From Octopus bimaculoides (lineage: Eukaryota): 50,962 nt of DNA. The position numbers and the translations under genes were made by a program. Location: contig NC_069009.1 in NCBI RefSeq assembly GCF_001194135.2, positions 3,833,572 to 3,884,533 of the forward strand, read 5' to 3'. The notes beneath the pieces are model-generated. The model did not search any database. It saw only the letters and a list, made by a program, of their open reading frames with translations, and had not been told where the DNA came from. Positions 1-11,884 of the stretch are shown piece after piece (within the stretch, counting starts at the first letter, position 1; each line of letters starts with the position of its first letter).

Positions 1-34
<34 letters not shown>

Positions 35-45
35 GTACATATATA

Positions 46-360
46 TACGAAGGTGAGTCAAAAAGTAATGCCATTTTGTTTAGGACAGGTATATTTACCA
101 ACACAGGAACATGTATCATACATCAAAATGAAGCTGGTCCTCTGTGGATCCCATCCCTACTTCTCAACATTGTCACCGTTTCTTTCAATAGCAATGATCC
201 ACCTTCGAATGAAAGCATGTATCCCTGTCCCGTAAAATTCTGTTGACTGTTCTTTGAGCCACTTCTTCACGACAGTTTTCGCTTCCTTGTCATTGGAATA
301 ATTTAGCGCCTTCAGACTATCATCTCTTTGGTCCCATGAAAGAGGGTTTCAGAGGCAAAC
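46..360 (-). mobile_element. Mariner transposon 3' remnant
   Basis: Minus strand encodes YSNDKEAKTVVKKWLKEQSTEFYGTGIHAFIRRWIIAIERNGDNVEK*, a mariner C-terminus; TA plus a TIR-like end at 46-75. Confidence 0.75.
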
Positions 361-568
361 ATTATTCCAGTGGCAAGGAAATCGGATAAAAAATGTTGAT
401 TTTACATGTGATCAACATAATGGTCGGTCATATATATACACAATCTTCTGTCTTATATATTATAGATATTCATATAAATAAATATACATGTATATGTACA
501 CATATACATATATATATGTACACACATATATATTCATATAATAAATATACATGTATATGTACACATAC

Positions 569-615
<47 letters not shown>

Positions 616-1119
616 AAAATGCAGATAAACATGCTTGGGCTTGATATATAAAATATACATACACGCATGTGTATGTATATATATATGTATGTGTGTATAT
701 ATATATATAGTGAGAGAGAGAGAGAAAAAGAAAAACTGAAAATGTTCAGAAGATGGATACTCATGTATAAGTATATAAACATAGATATTTATATATTTAC
801 ATGAAATATAAAAAATACAGAAAACTAATGGGAGAAGGCATGGTATTTTAAGCCTGACAGCTGTTTCTGGAGGCTTGGAATTATGTACTAATTGTAATGT
901 TTGTAAATGGCAGATGGAGTATGCAATAAGTCAAGGACACGCAACCAGTAGAGGATGCATATAAGCATTACCATGATACTGGCTCCCTCCTTCAGGGTGG
1001 AAAGATTGACAAATAGGAGTTCGCATCATAATGCAAGAAAATTTAAGGATAGAATGGGAGGAGGCGGTAAATAAAAACTTTTAAAGAAAAAAAGGACAGA
1101 GTATGAATGGAACTCTTAC

Positions 1120-1305
1120 CGACAAGTTTCGAATTTACGTGCCCTTTTAGTAAGGAATCCCCGGATTTGTGGAGGCAACAACTTCCTTTTCTTCACTTTG
1201 CAGTCAACTGTAACAGAGGACTGTGAGTTGACTGTAACTTCCCCTTCGTCATCGCTAGGAATCTCCTCATCATCATCATCTTCAACACCATTGTTCTTGC
1301 TGTCC
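1120..1305 (-). CDS. AATF: AATF coding exon 7 (gene continues left of the window)
   Basis: ttcaaaag| acceptor and CG|gtaaga donor; 186 nt, phase 2-2; DEEIPSDDE...KKRKLLPPQIRGFLTKRARKFETCR (cf. SEEISSEDD...[24 protein letters not shown]). Confidence 0.9.
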
Positions 1306-1965
1306 CTTTTGAAGCAGAGAGAAAGAAGATAAAATGAAACAACAGCTACACTAACACCACCTCACTCTCTACTCTTCAAGTGCCACCTCTTTAAGTGGTA
1401 CACGAAGAAGCTGATGAAAGCTTGACCAGAAAGGAATATGCCTGCTTCCAAGCCTTTCAAACAAGTCCACCACACCACTTCCTGACATAACTGAAAGATA
1501 GAGGAAGCCTGGTTGTGCAATTCCTTGCCAATGAAAGGTGGCACATTAATTTTTCACTATAGACTCAAGTGGCAGCCAGTTTCAACCGTTACATGAATAA
1601 TAATAATAATAATAATGTTTTCAAATTTTGCCACAAGGGATGTGTTGATTACATCGACCCCAGTGTTTCACTGGTACTTAATTTATTGACCCTGAAAAGA
1701 TGAAAGGCAAAGCTGACCTCAGCAGAATCTGAACTCAGAATGTAACGGCAGATGAAATACCGCTAAGCATTTCGCCTGGTGTGCTAACGATTCTGTCAGC
1801 TTCCAATAATAATAATAATAATAATAATGGTTTCAAATTTAGGCACAAGCCAGCAATTTGAAAGAAGGAGTAAGTTGTCCCTACTGCTTAACTGGTACTT
1901 CATTTTATTGGCCCCGAAAAGATGAAAGGCAAAGTTGACCTCAGCAGTATTTGAACTCAAAATGT

Positions 1966-2337
1966 TGTTGGCACTCCGTCACTTACGACGTTGAGGGTTC
2001 CTGTTGATCCGATCAACAGAACAGCCTGCTCGTGAAATTAACGTGCAAGTGGCTGAGCACTCCACAGACACGTGTACCCTTAACGTAGTTCTTGGGGATA
2101 TTCAGCGTGACAAGGCCGACCCTTTGAATTACAGGCACAACAGAAACAGGAAGAAAGAGTGAGAGAAAGTTGTGGTGAAAGAGTACAGCAGGGTTCGCCA
2201 CCATCCCCTGCCGGAGCCACGTGGAGCTTTAAGTGTTTTTGCTCAATAAACATTCACAACGCCCGGTCTGGGAATCGAAACCACGATCCTATGACCTCGA
2301 GTCCGCTGCCCTAACCACTGGGCCATTGCGCCTCCAC
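1966..2337 (-). mobile_element. SINE family A nested in a family E SINE
   Basis: 11-bp TSD actcaaaatgt (1955-1965, 2338-2348). Confidence 0.9.
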
Positions 2338-2707
2338 ACTCAAAATGTAAAGCTGGAAAAAATGCCACTAAACATTTTTCCCAGCATACTAATGAGTCTG
2401 CCAGCTTGCTACCATGATACTACTACTAATAATAATACCACTAATAATGGTTTCAAATCTTGGCACAAAGGCAGTAATTTCTTAGTGGGGGGGGCTAAGT
2501 TGATTGTATTAACCCCAATGATCAAATGGTACTTATTTTATTGATCCTCAAAAAGATGAAAAGCAAAGTCAACCTTAGCAGAATTTGAACTCAGAAAGCA
2601 AAGATGAACAAAATGTCCTTTAGCATTTTGCCCGGCGTGCTAATGATTCTGCCAGATTGCAGCCTTTATTAATAATAATAATAATAATAATATTTTTTCT
2701 ATCTCAC

Positions 2708-2822
2708 CCGTCTTTTGACATCTCCTCCCCAGTGACAACATGCTTTGTCTGTGTGTCCTTCAGAAGGAGAGACGTCTGTAGATGAATCAGTGTGTTGAGA
2801 AGATGACACAATTGGTTTTGAA
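2708..2822 (-). CDS. AATF: AATF coding exon 6
   Basis: catttcag| acceptor and GG|gtgaga donor; 115 nt, phase 1-2; QNQLCHLLNTLIHLQTSLLLKDTQTKHVV (cf. LKALLRSLVGLQEELL). Confidence 0.88.
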
Positions 2823-2858
2823 CTGAAATGATAATAATAAGAAGCCCATCATATATAC

Positions 2859-2914
<56 letters not shown>

Positions 2915-4458
2915 CTGTGTTTGTCCATCCTCCATCGGTTGACAACCAATGCTGGTGTGTTTATGTCCCCATAACTTAGCAGTTTGGCAAAAAAGGACCG
3001 ATAGAATAAGTACTAGGCTTACAAAGAATATGTCCTTGGGTTGATTTCTTTGACTTTAAGGCAGTGCTCTCGCATGGCCACAGTCAAATGACTGAAACAA
3101 GAATATATATACGTGGCGTTAGGAAGGGCATCCAGCTGTAGAAACTCTGCCAGATCAGATTGGAGCCTGGTGTAGCTATCTGGTTTCACCAGTCCTCAGT
3201 CAAATCGTCCAACCCATGCTAGCATGGAAAGTGGACGTTAAACGATGATGATGATGATATATGTATACTAGACTAGACCGCCTGTGACCCATTGGGTCAC
3301 CTGGAAAGTCTGAGTTTCCTAGCAACGGAGTTTTGTTTAATGGGTTTTTTTTCCCTCTTCCAGGTTATTTCACATGCTTTCAATGAATGTGACATCAAAA
3401 TCACATGTAAAGTCCTTTCCTTGGAAAAGAAAGATTTGGCTGCTATTTCTTGCATGCTCTGCCACCACATAAGAGCTGGGTCCTTTATCACAAATAGCTG
3501 TTATGTGGTAGCAGAGTGTGCTAGAAATAGCAGCCAAATCTTTGGAGCTGAGATATGTTGAATTCACTGGAAAAACCCATGCGAAAAAATTATTTCACAC
3601 TGAGGTTACAAACGGGTCTTTTATGAAATATTTACCATATTTTTAAAGTCATTTTTACTTTTAAATATTTTTTAAATAAGCCAAAAAAAATTTTTGTAAT
3701 GGTATTCACTTAAAAATAATTTTAAAAAATATTAAAATATTGGCTGTTTAAAGAAAGTTAAAATATAAATACTTACTGTACAAGCAACTTAAATTTTTGA
3801 AATCACATTCACTTAAAAATATTTCTAAATGATTTTAAAAATATTGTTTAAGTCAAAAGTCGATTTTTTATTCTTAAAGAGTGATAGAGAAAGAGAGCGA
3901 AGACTATGTGTGTGTATATGTCACAGATAGCATATGTGTGTTTGTGTTGATTGACATGCCATGCATTCATTATGTATGTGCGTAAGTGTGTTGACGTTAC
4001 AGAAGCCATGTTTTTTTCGTCAAGAAATAACAAATAAAAATTGTGTTTAATTGTTTTCATTAGTAGAGGTCCAAATATCACAAAACCTCATACTGCACTG
4101 CATAAAGTATGAAAATATATATGTAAAAAAAATTAAGATAAAATATACTATTTCTGAGATATTTCGGGAACAAACATCTTCTCGAGTTTTAGTATCATTA
4201 AGATGTATATAATGTGTGTGTATACTTGGAAAGAAGTGAAGGTGGGTGACAGGAGGCGCATCTGGTCGTAGATAATCTACCTCAACAAATTCTGTCTGAC
4301 CCATACATGCATGGAAAAGTGGACATTAAAACGATGATGGTGACCCCCGATTATTATAAAGGCCATATCAATGCTGTGTCTAGTTGAGGGTGCTGATGAG
4401 AGATGAGCTTTATGAATACAAAAAAACCCCCAAAAAACGTTAACTATGCCTCACTCAC

Positions 4459-4596
4459 CTGTATGTACAGCCGAGGTATACTTATCCTTGCCAAGGGCCA
4501 TGAAATGGTGCCAGGTAGAGGGTTGAGGGATTTGGTTAACAAGCGACACTGTCCTCTGTAATTTAATTCGACCTTCCAACAGATTATCCAAAAGTC
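4459..4596 (-). CDS. AATF: AATF coding exon 5
   Basis: ccttaaag| acceptor and G|gtgagt donor; 138 nt; [25 protein letters not shown] matches AATF [25 protein letters not shown]. Confidence 0.95.
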
Positions 4597-4744
4597 CTTT
4601 AAGGAAAAAAAAAAGAAAGAAAAAAGATAAAAAACAAAATCAATGACTGACTATAGCAGCCAAACCTCCCTCATGTCACACTTTACTACACTGTATTTGA
4701 ATAAAGGTGAGATGGCTACAATTGGAGCATCTCTGATTAGAAGT

Positions 4745-5390
4745 CTGTCTGAATCAAGACTGGCCAGGGACGAAACGACAACAATTAGAGCCACTAATAC
4801 TAATTACTGTATTAAACATTAGCTTATGTAGTCCTAGATACACTACATCAGAATACAAGATTAGGACTGTTGTTGGCACTCCGTCGCTTACGACGTCGAG
4901 GGTTCCAGTTGATCCGATCAACGGAACAGCCTGCTCGTGAAATTAACGTGCAAGTGGCTGAGCACTCCACAGACACGTGTACCCTTAATGTAGTTCTCTG
5001 GGATATTCAGCGTGATACAGTGTGATAAGGCTGACCCCTTTGAATTACAGGCACAACAGAAACAGGAAGTAAGAGCGAGAGAGAAAGTTGTGGTGAAAGA
5101 GTACAGCAGGGTTCGCCACCATCCCCTGCCGGAGCCTAGTGGAGCTTTAGGTGTTTTCGCTGCCCTAACCACTGGGCCATTGCGCCTCCACCTGAATCAA
5201 GACTAGCCAGGGATGAAACAACAATTATAGTCACTAATACTAATTACTGTATTAAACATTAGCTTTTGTAGTCCTAGATACACTACATCAGAATAAAAGA
5301 TGGGATGGCCACAGATGGAATATCTTTGATCATTCATAAGTTAGATTAGGACTAACCTGGAGCTAAACAACTACTATAGCCACTAGTACT
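4745..5390 (-). repeat. Family D array interrupted by a SINE A copy
   Basis: gtcctagatacac at 4831 and 5271. Confidence 0.75.
4869..5191 (-). mobile_element. SINE family A with a head deletion
   Basis: High similarity to 7990-8376. Confidence 0.85.
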
Positions 5391-5941
5391 AAAACCTCAC
5401 AAAGCAGTGCTCCAGCATGGCCAGTCAAATGAATGAAACAAAGCAAAAGAATATGTGTGTGTGTGCTTACGTATCTGGCCATGGGGAAATATCTTGTGTG
5501 GAAACAAGTGAGGTTAGGTGACAGGCAGAACACTTCCTTTTCTTGCTTGTATAGAGGCAGATTTTCTACAGACAGATGCCTTTCCTGTAACCAATGCTCA
5601 CCTGTTCCCAAGCAAGGTAATATTTCCCCATGACCAGAGATGTTCTTTGAGAATATTGAAAATGAATGACGATGCTTGTATTATGGCAGTGGCAAACATT
5701 TTACGATTATCACACTGTCAAAACAAGAACACACACACACACACATTCTGTGTATGGATATGATGGGCCTCTTTCAAATTGTCTACCAAATCCACTCACA
5801 AGACTAAGGTTGGCCCAGGGCTATAGTAGAAGACACTTGCCCAGGGTGTCAGAGTGAAATTGAACCCAGAAAACCATGTTGTTAGGAAGCAAGCTTCTTA
5901 CCACACAGCCATGCCTACACCTCCAATGTTACACCTGCACC

Positions 5942-5977
<36 letters not shown>

Positions 5978-6051
5978 GTTCTTTCTACTAAAGGCACAAG
6001 GCCTGATATTTTTGTTGTGGGGACTAGCCAATTACATTGATCCCAGTGTTG

Positions 6052-6187
6052 GGCACTGCACACATCCTACGCAAAACACTTTCAATACAGTAACCCTAAG
6101 AGCATCACAGCAAACCACAGCACATACCCAAGGCACACAGAGCTGCGCTCGGTAGTGAAGTGAAAGCACGTTATAAAAATAAAACTA

Positions 6188-6225
<38 letters not shown>
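6052..6225 (+). mobile_element. Second R4/Dong-like 3' end, different subfamily
   Basis: GTAHILRKTLSIQ*, a distinct 3'UTR and an (AAT)n tail. Confidence 0.65.
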
Positions 6226-6227
<2 letters not shown>

Positions 6228-7244
6228 GTTTCAAATTTTGCCAAAGAGCAGCCATTTTGGGGGAGGGGATGTGTCAATTACATAGACACAGTGCTTCACT
6301 GGTACTTAATTTATTGACCCCAAAAGGATCAAAGGCGAAGTTGACCCCCGCGGAATTTGAACTCAGAATGTAGTGACTCTGAAAAAGGACGAAAGGCAAA
6401 GTTGAACTAGGCAGAATTTGAACTCANNNNNNNNNNNNNNNNNNNNNNNNNNNNNNNNNNNNNNNNNNNNNNNNNNNNNNNNNNNNNNNNNNNNNNNNNN
6501 NNNNNNNNNNNNNNNNNNNNNNNNNNNNNNNNNNNNNNNNNNNNNNNNNNNNNNNNNNNNNNNNNNNNNNNNNNNNNNNNNNNNNNNNNNNNNNNNNNNN
6601 NNNNNNNNNNNNNNNNNNNNNNNNNNNNNNNNNNNNNNNNNNNNNNNNNNNNNNNNNNNNNNNNNNNNNNNNNNNNNNNNNNNNNNNNNNNNNNNNNNNN
6701 NNNNNNNNNNNNNNNNNNNNNNNNNNNNNNNNNNNNNNNNNNNNNNNNNNNNNNNNNNNNNNNNNNNNNNNNNNNNNNNNNNNNNNNNNNNNNNNNNNNN
6801 NNNNNNNNNNNNNNNNNNNNNNNNNNNNNNNNNNNNNNNNNNNNNNNNNNNNNNNNNNNNNNNNNNNNNNNNNNNNNNNNNNNNNNNNNNNNNNNNNNNN
6901 NNNNNNNNNNNNNNNNNNNNNNNNNNNNNNNNNNNNNNNNNNNNNNNNNNNNNNNNNNNNNNNNNNNNNNNNNNNNNNNNNNNNNNNNNNNNNNNNNNNN
7001 NNNNNNNNNNNNNNNNNNNNNNNNNNNNNNNNNNNNNNNNNNNNNNNNNNNNNNNNNNNNNNNNNNNNNNNNNNNNNNNNNNNNNNNNNNNNNNNNNNNN
7101 NNNNNNNNNNNNNNNNNNNNNNNNNNNNNNNNNNNNNNNNNNNNNNNNNNNNNNNNNNNNNNNNNNNNNNNNNNNNNNNNNNNNNNNNNNNNNNNNNNNN
7201 NNNNNNNNNNNNNNNNNNNNNNNNNNNNNNNNNNNNNNNNNNNN

Positions 7245-7566
7245 AGCGAAACGGGCTGATTACTACCTAGCTCATATACCAGGAAACCCCAAAATGGCTG
7301 GAGTTCAAAAGATAGTGCTCATGGGAACTGCCCATATCCTACGTAAAATACTGTCTATGTGATCTCAAATTTTAAAACAAACACATAATTTTCTTATGGT
7401 TTCTCTAGAACAACACTATGTACAAATCCAAATATATGGTACCCTAGGCATAACACCTACATGAACTTCTAACTTGTCTCTTGAGGTCTCTGGGTGAGAC
7501 TTGGATTCAACTTGTACAAATGCAAAGCAAAAGTCAAACATAAAATAATAATAATAATAATAATAA
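7245..7566 (+). mobile_element. 3' end of an R4/Dong-like RLE non-LTR retrotransposon (5' part in gap)
   Basis: ...GVQKIVLMGTAHILRKILSM* (Q.....GTA.ILRK.L C-terminal motif), 3'UTR, then (TAA)n. Confidence 0.7.
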
Positions 7567-7582
7567 GACAGGTGTTACTCAC

Positions 7583-7869
7583 CAAGTTGTGTTTGTACAG
7601 CAAGACCTTTCTGTTTGTCACTAGACATATCTGAGAGCTGTTTCATCATGTTGACCCCTGGGTCTTCAATGTCCATTGATTCTTTATGTCCAGCAGGTTC
7701 CTCTGACCCAGCAGCTTTATCAGAGTCGCCATCACCACTGGCGTCACTGCCACTGTCGCCATCATCGTCATCATCATCATCATCATCATCATCATCGCCA
7801 TCCATATCTTCTGCCATCGCATCACCATCATCATCATCATCTATTTCACTTGACAGTTTTAAGCCATTG
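7583..7869 (-). CDS. AATF: AATF coding exon 4 (acidic tract and start of the AATF/Che-1 domain)
   Basis: ttttttatag| acceptor and G|gtgagt donor; 287 nt, phase 2-1; ends DMSSDKQKGLAVQTQL (cf. AATF EEVEKGRAVKNQI). Confidence 0.92.
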
Positions 7870-7892
7870 CTATAAAAAATAAATTCACTATT

Positions 7893-9012
7893 TAGCTCCA
7901 GGTCAGTCCCGATAGAGTAGAGAGGCCTATAATCAAAGACGTTCCAGCAGTGACCATCCCAACTTTTATTCATACTTAGTATATCTAGGGTGGAGGCGCA
8001 ATGGCCCAGTGGTTAGGGCAGCGGACTCGTGGTCATAGGATCGCGGTTCGATTCCCAGACGGGGCGTTGTGAGTGTTTATTGAGCGAAAACACCTAAAAG
8101 CTCCATGAGGCTCCGGCAGGGGATGGTGGCCAACCCTGCTGTACTCTTCCACCACAACTTTCTCTCTCACTCTTACTTCCTGTTTCTGTTGTACCTGTAA
8201 TTCAAAGGGTCAGCCTTGTCACACTCTGTGTCACGCTGAATATCCCCGAGAACTACGTTAAGGGTACACGTGTCTGTGGAGTGCTCAGCCACTTGCACGT
8301 TAATTTCACGAGCAGGCTGTTCCATTGATCGGATCAACTGGAACCCTCGACGTCATAAGCGACGGAGTGCCAACAAAGTATATCTAGGACTACATTATTT
8401 AATGTATACTATAGTAGTTGGTGTTAGTGGCTATATTTGTTGTTTAACCCCAGGTCAGACCTGATCCAGCAGGCAAATGATCAAAGACGTTCCAGCCGTG
8501 ACCATCCCATCTTTTATTAAAAAATAGCGTATCTCGGTCTACATTATCTAACATATAGCAGTTAGTATCAGCGACTATAGTTGTTGCTGTTTAGCCCCGG
8601 GTCAGTCGTGGTCCAGCAGACACTAAGATCAAAGACGTTCCAACTGTGACCATCTCATCTTTTATTCAGAGACAGTGTATCTAGGACTACATTATTTAAC
8701 ATGTAGTTTAGTAGTTAGTATTAGTAATCATAACTGTTATTGTTATTTAACCCCGGGTCAGTCCTGACCCAGCAGACAATCAAGGATGTTCCACTTGTGA
8801 CCATCCTTTTATTCAGACATAGTATATCTAGGACTACATTATCTCATGTATAGTAGCTACTATCAGTGACCAAAGCTGCTATTGTTATTTAGCCACAGGT
8901 AAGTCCTGATCCAGCAAAGAGAGACCTATGGTCAAAGATGTTCCAACTGTGATCATTTTGTCTTTTATTGAAGCAATATGTATCTAGGACTACATTGTCT
9001 AATGTACAGTAT
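7893..9012 (+). repeat. Family D: tandem array of ~150-bp diverged units, interrupted by a SINE
   Basis: ctacatt anchor at 8390, 8539, 8687, 8834, 8990. Confidence 0.85.
7990..8376 (+). mobile_element. tRNA-derived SINE family A, full length
   Basis: A box tggcccagtgg, B box ggttcgattcc, (CAA)-type tail; 12-bp TSD agtatatctagg (7978-7989, 8377-8388). Confidence 0.9.
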
Positions 9013-9105
9013 AACATCAATAGTCTCACCAAGAACCCCACCACCACCACCACCACCACAACAACATCACTACTACCACCAACACCACCAACAATCAGTC
9101 CTTAC

Positions 9106-9256
9106 CTTCCGAGAGATTTCTTCTGTACGAGTTGACAGAAACCTGCAATATCTTCATCACCATCATTACTATCATCATCATCATCATCTTCACCATCTTC
9201 AGCATCATCATCATCGTCGTCGTCATCATGTGACGATACACCATCTTCACTGTCAC
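9106..9256 (-). CDS. AATF: AATF coding exon 3 (acidic)
   Basis: gtatag| acceptor and AG|gtaagg donor; 151 nt, phase 1-2; D/E-rich DSEDGVSSHDDDD...IAGFCQLVQKKSLG; needed to reconcile phases of exons 2 and 4. Confidence 0.85.
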
Positions 9257-9360
9257 CTATACAACAATACATTATAGATATAGAAACGTGCGTGTTTCTT
9301 ATGTTATCATCATCATTACTTAATGTTGGCAGTTCATGAACTTGCTCAAGCTATTCATCT

Positions 9361-9581
9361 TACAAGGAGGTGCTGAAAAGTTCCTGGCTTTAAGGGTATC
9401 ATGAAAGGTCTGGTTAGAGACCCAACCTTCTGAGTTCTTTTACAGGGCTTAGAAAAACTGAAGGACCACTGTAATAAGTGTGTGAATCTGAGAGGGGAAT
9501 ATATTGAATTAAATCATAATTAACTGATCTTCCTGTATTTTCTTTTATCCAAAGCCAGGAATTTTTCAGCACCCCCTTGTA
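9361..9581 (+). mobile_element. Mariner-derived MITE
   Basis: ~30-bp TIRs tacaaggaggtgctgaaaagttcctggcttt / aaagccaggaatttttcagcacccccttgta; TA ends; internal remnant KCVNLRGEYIE; partial copy near 21503-21620. Confidence 0.8.
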
Positions 9582-9864
9582 TGTCTTTCTAATCATCTGG
9601 TTGCTTAGGAATAGAAACGCTAACTTTAGTATGGAATAGGATAAAATTAGTACTGCTATACTATATAGCACAGAGGGAAAAAGAGGTGATTTGTGCATAG
9701 AAGAAATGTACCAGGTTTTTACATCAAAACACCAGCTGCTTAACAGCAGACGAGAACAGGCCTTGAGATGTTTACACAGACAATGAAAAACCTTTAAGCA
9801 TTTTCATACAGGTAGTGGTAAGCCTTTAACCCTTTAGTGTTCATATTAGTCTGTCAAATGTTTG

Positions 9865-10225
9865 TTGTTGTTGTTTAACGTCCACTTTCCATGCTAGCAT
9901 GGGTTGGACGATTTGACTGAGGACTGGTGAACCAGATGGCTACACCAGGCTCCAATCTGATTTGGCAGAGTTTCTACAGCTGGATGCCCTTCCTAACGCC
10001 AACCACTCTGAGAGTGTAGTTTATATATATATATATATATCATCATCATCGTTTAACATCCGCTTTCCATGCTAGCATGGGTTGGACGATTTGACCGAGG
10101 ACTGGTGAACCAGATAGCTACACCAGGCTCCAATCTGATTTGGCAGAGTTTCTACAGCTGGATGCCTTTCCTAACGCCAACCACTCCAAGAGTGTAATGG
10201 GTGCCAGTCAGGCGGTACTGAGAAC
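9865..10225 (-). mobile_element. Two short RTE 3'-tail copies, apparently inside a TTAA-ended MITE-like repeat (~9826-10400)
   Basis: gtttaacgtcc(a/g)ctttccatgctagcatgggttggacg... occurs twice. Confidence 0.65.
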
Positions 10226-10836
10226 AGTATTCACTTTATTTTAAATTACTCATGTAGCTTCGAGATTTTAATGCTGTGATTGTTTATTCTTAGAATGGAC
10301 ATTGTAGGGTAGGCATGAGAAACCAGATTTGGCTACTTTGAACATAAAAATAGGTTGAATATTTGGGCTAGATATGGCTGGATTAGATTAAATGTTACAG
10401 GGTGATAGAGTGTCAGAGAGGAAAGAAGAGGGAAACAGAATGATGCTATCATTCTGCCTGATATCTTAGCAGAAGGAAGAGAAAGACAGAATGACACTTG
10501 TTATTCTAGAGCTTGTGAAAGCTATAAGTTTCATATTCGTTGTCTATCAGCTTCATCTCATCTACTCTTTTCACCAACTAACTTTGGCTAATGGAATTTT
10601 TGTATTTATAATTATCGCAAAATAGACAGAAAGAGAGGCATATCAGTAAGAACAATGGGAGCCGCTGTAGGTGATTCTTATCTCATTTCAGCTCTTGTTG
10701 GCATAGAAGGGGTCAAAAGGGTCAAGTGAAAAGACATGAATCGACTTGAGCATCACTGCTATCAACCATTGTATTATCCGTGAGAAAATAATGTTGTAAC
10801 CTTAAGGGGAATTCTATAGATTTAGGTTCAAATCTA

Positions 10837-11625
10837 CATCATCATCATCGTTTAACGTCCGCTTTCCATGCTAGCATGGGTTGGACGATTTGACTGAGGA
10901 CTGGTGAAACCGGATGGCAACACCAGGCTCCAATCTGATTTGGCAGAGTTTCTACAGCTGGATGCCCTTCCTAACGCCAACCACTCAGAGTGTAGTGGCT
11001 GCTTTTACGTGTCACCCGCACGAAGGCCAGTCAGGCAGTACTGGCAACGGCCACGCTCAGAATGGTGTATTTTATGTGCCACCTGCACAAGAGCCAGTCC
11101 AGGGGCCCTGGCAACANNNNNNNNNNNNNNNNNNNNNNNNNNNNNNNNNNNNNNNNNNNNNNNNNNNNNNNNNNNNNNNNNNNNNNNNNNNNNNNNNNNN
11201 NNNNNNNNNNNNNNNNNNNNNNNNNNNNNNNNNNNNNNNNNNNNNNNNNNNNNNNNNNNNNNNNNNNNNNNNNNNNNNNNNNNNNNNNNNNNNNNNNNNN
11301 NNNNNNNNNNNNNNNNNNNNNNNNNNNNNNNNNNNNNNNNNNNNNNNNNNNNNNNNNNNNNNNNNNNNNNNNNNNNNNNNNNNNNNNNNNNNNNNNNNNN
11401 NNNNNNNNNNNNNNNNNNNNNNNNNNNNNNNNNNNNNNNNNNNNNNNAAATGGTGTATTTTATGTGCCACCTGCACAAGAGCCAGTCCGGGGGCACTGGC
11501 AACGATCTCGCTCGAAAATGCTACGAAGGCCAGTCAGGCGGTACTGGCAACGGCCACGCTCAAAATGGTGTATTTTATGTGCCACCTGCACAAGAGCCAG
11601 TCCAGGGGCCCTGGCAACAAACGAA
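10837..11625 (-). mobile_element. RTE 3'UTR copy with internal ~115-bp tandem array spanning a gap
   Basis: Same family as 27712-28430; units on both sides of gap 11117-11447. Confidence 0.7.
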
Positions 11626-11701
11626 ATCCACTATTTTTTCTTCCCAAGTAAAACATACTCGTAACAGTACACATACACTCACAAACACACAGCCTACTCA
11701 C

Positions 11702-11884
11702 CTGTCGATCCTTTTCCAGAATCCTGCATCAACTCTTTCCTCGAGGTCTTCCGCCCAGCATACCTGGTATCTGTGTCAGACAACAGTGAAGCAGCTTGTC
11801 TCTTCAGCTTCGTTGATTTCTGTATCTGCTCACCATCCTTCGCATCATCTTCTGTGCCATGGATGCTGAGCTGTGCTGTTGTAT
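11702..11884 (-). CDS. AATF: AATF coding exon 2
   Basis: ttacag| acceptor and G|gtgagt donor; 183 nt, phase 1-1; KLKRQAASLLSDTDTRYAGRKTSRKEL matches the AATF motif IRKLASASLLDTDKRYCGKTTSRK. Confidence 0.93.

Noticed and set aside
4150-4190. Hammerhead-like ctcgagaag...cccgaaatatc on the minus strand
   Set aside because: Core is not CUGANGA and stems I and II do not pair
6418-7362. Long ORFs spanning N runs (also 10904-11869, 29164-29931, 37947-38842, 43468-44237, 45289-46578)
   Set aside because: Artefacts of translating gaps
7853-7869. Direct splicing of AATF exon 2 to gaaatag|ATGAT, skipping 9106-9256
   Set aside because: Phase-compatible but lacks a polypyrimidine tract; the model including exon 3 uses stronger canonical sites
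7990-8065. tRNA-like A/B boxes in SINE heads (also 16931, 18945, 39830-39898)
   Set aside because: No complete cloverleaf; they run into repeat bodies with TSDs, so they are SINE heads, not tRNA genes
7893-9012. Regularly spaced repeats as a CRISPR array
   Set aside because: Eukaryotic intron; whole units are homologous with no unique spacers and no cas genes
10914-11651. Recurrent EGQSGGTGNGHAQNGVFYVPPAQEP ORFs as a repeat-protein family
   Set aside because: Antisense reading of the RTE 3'UTR tandem unit; frame is not kept between copies
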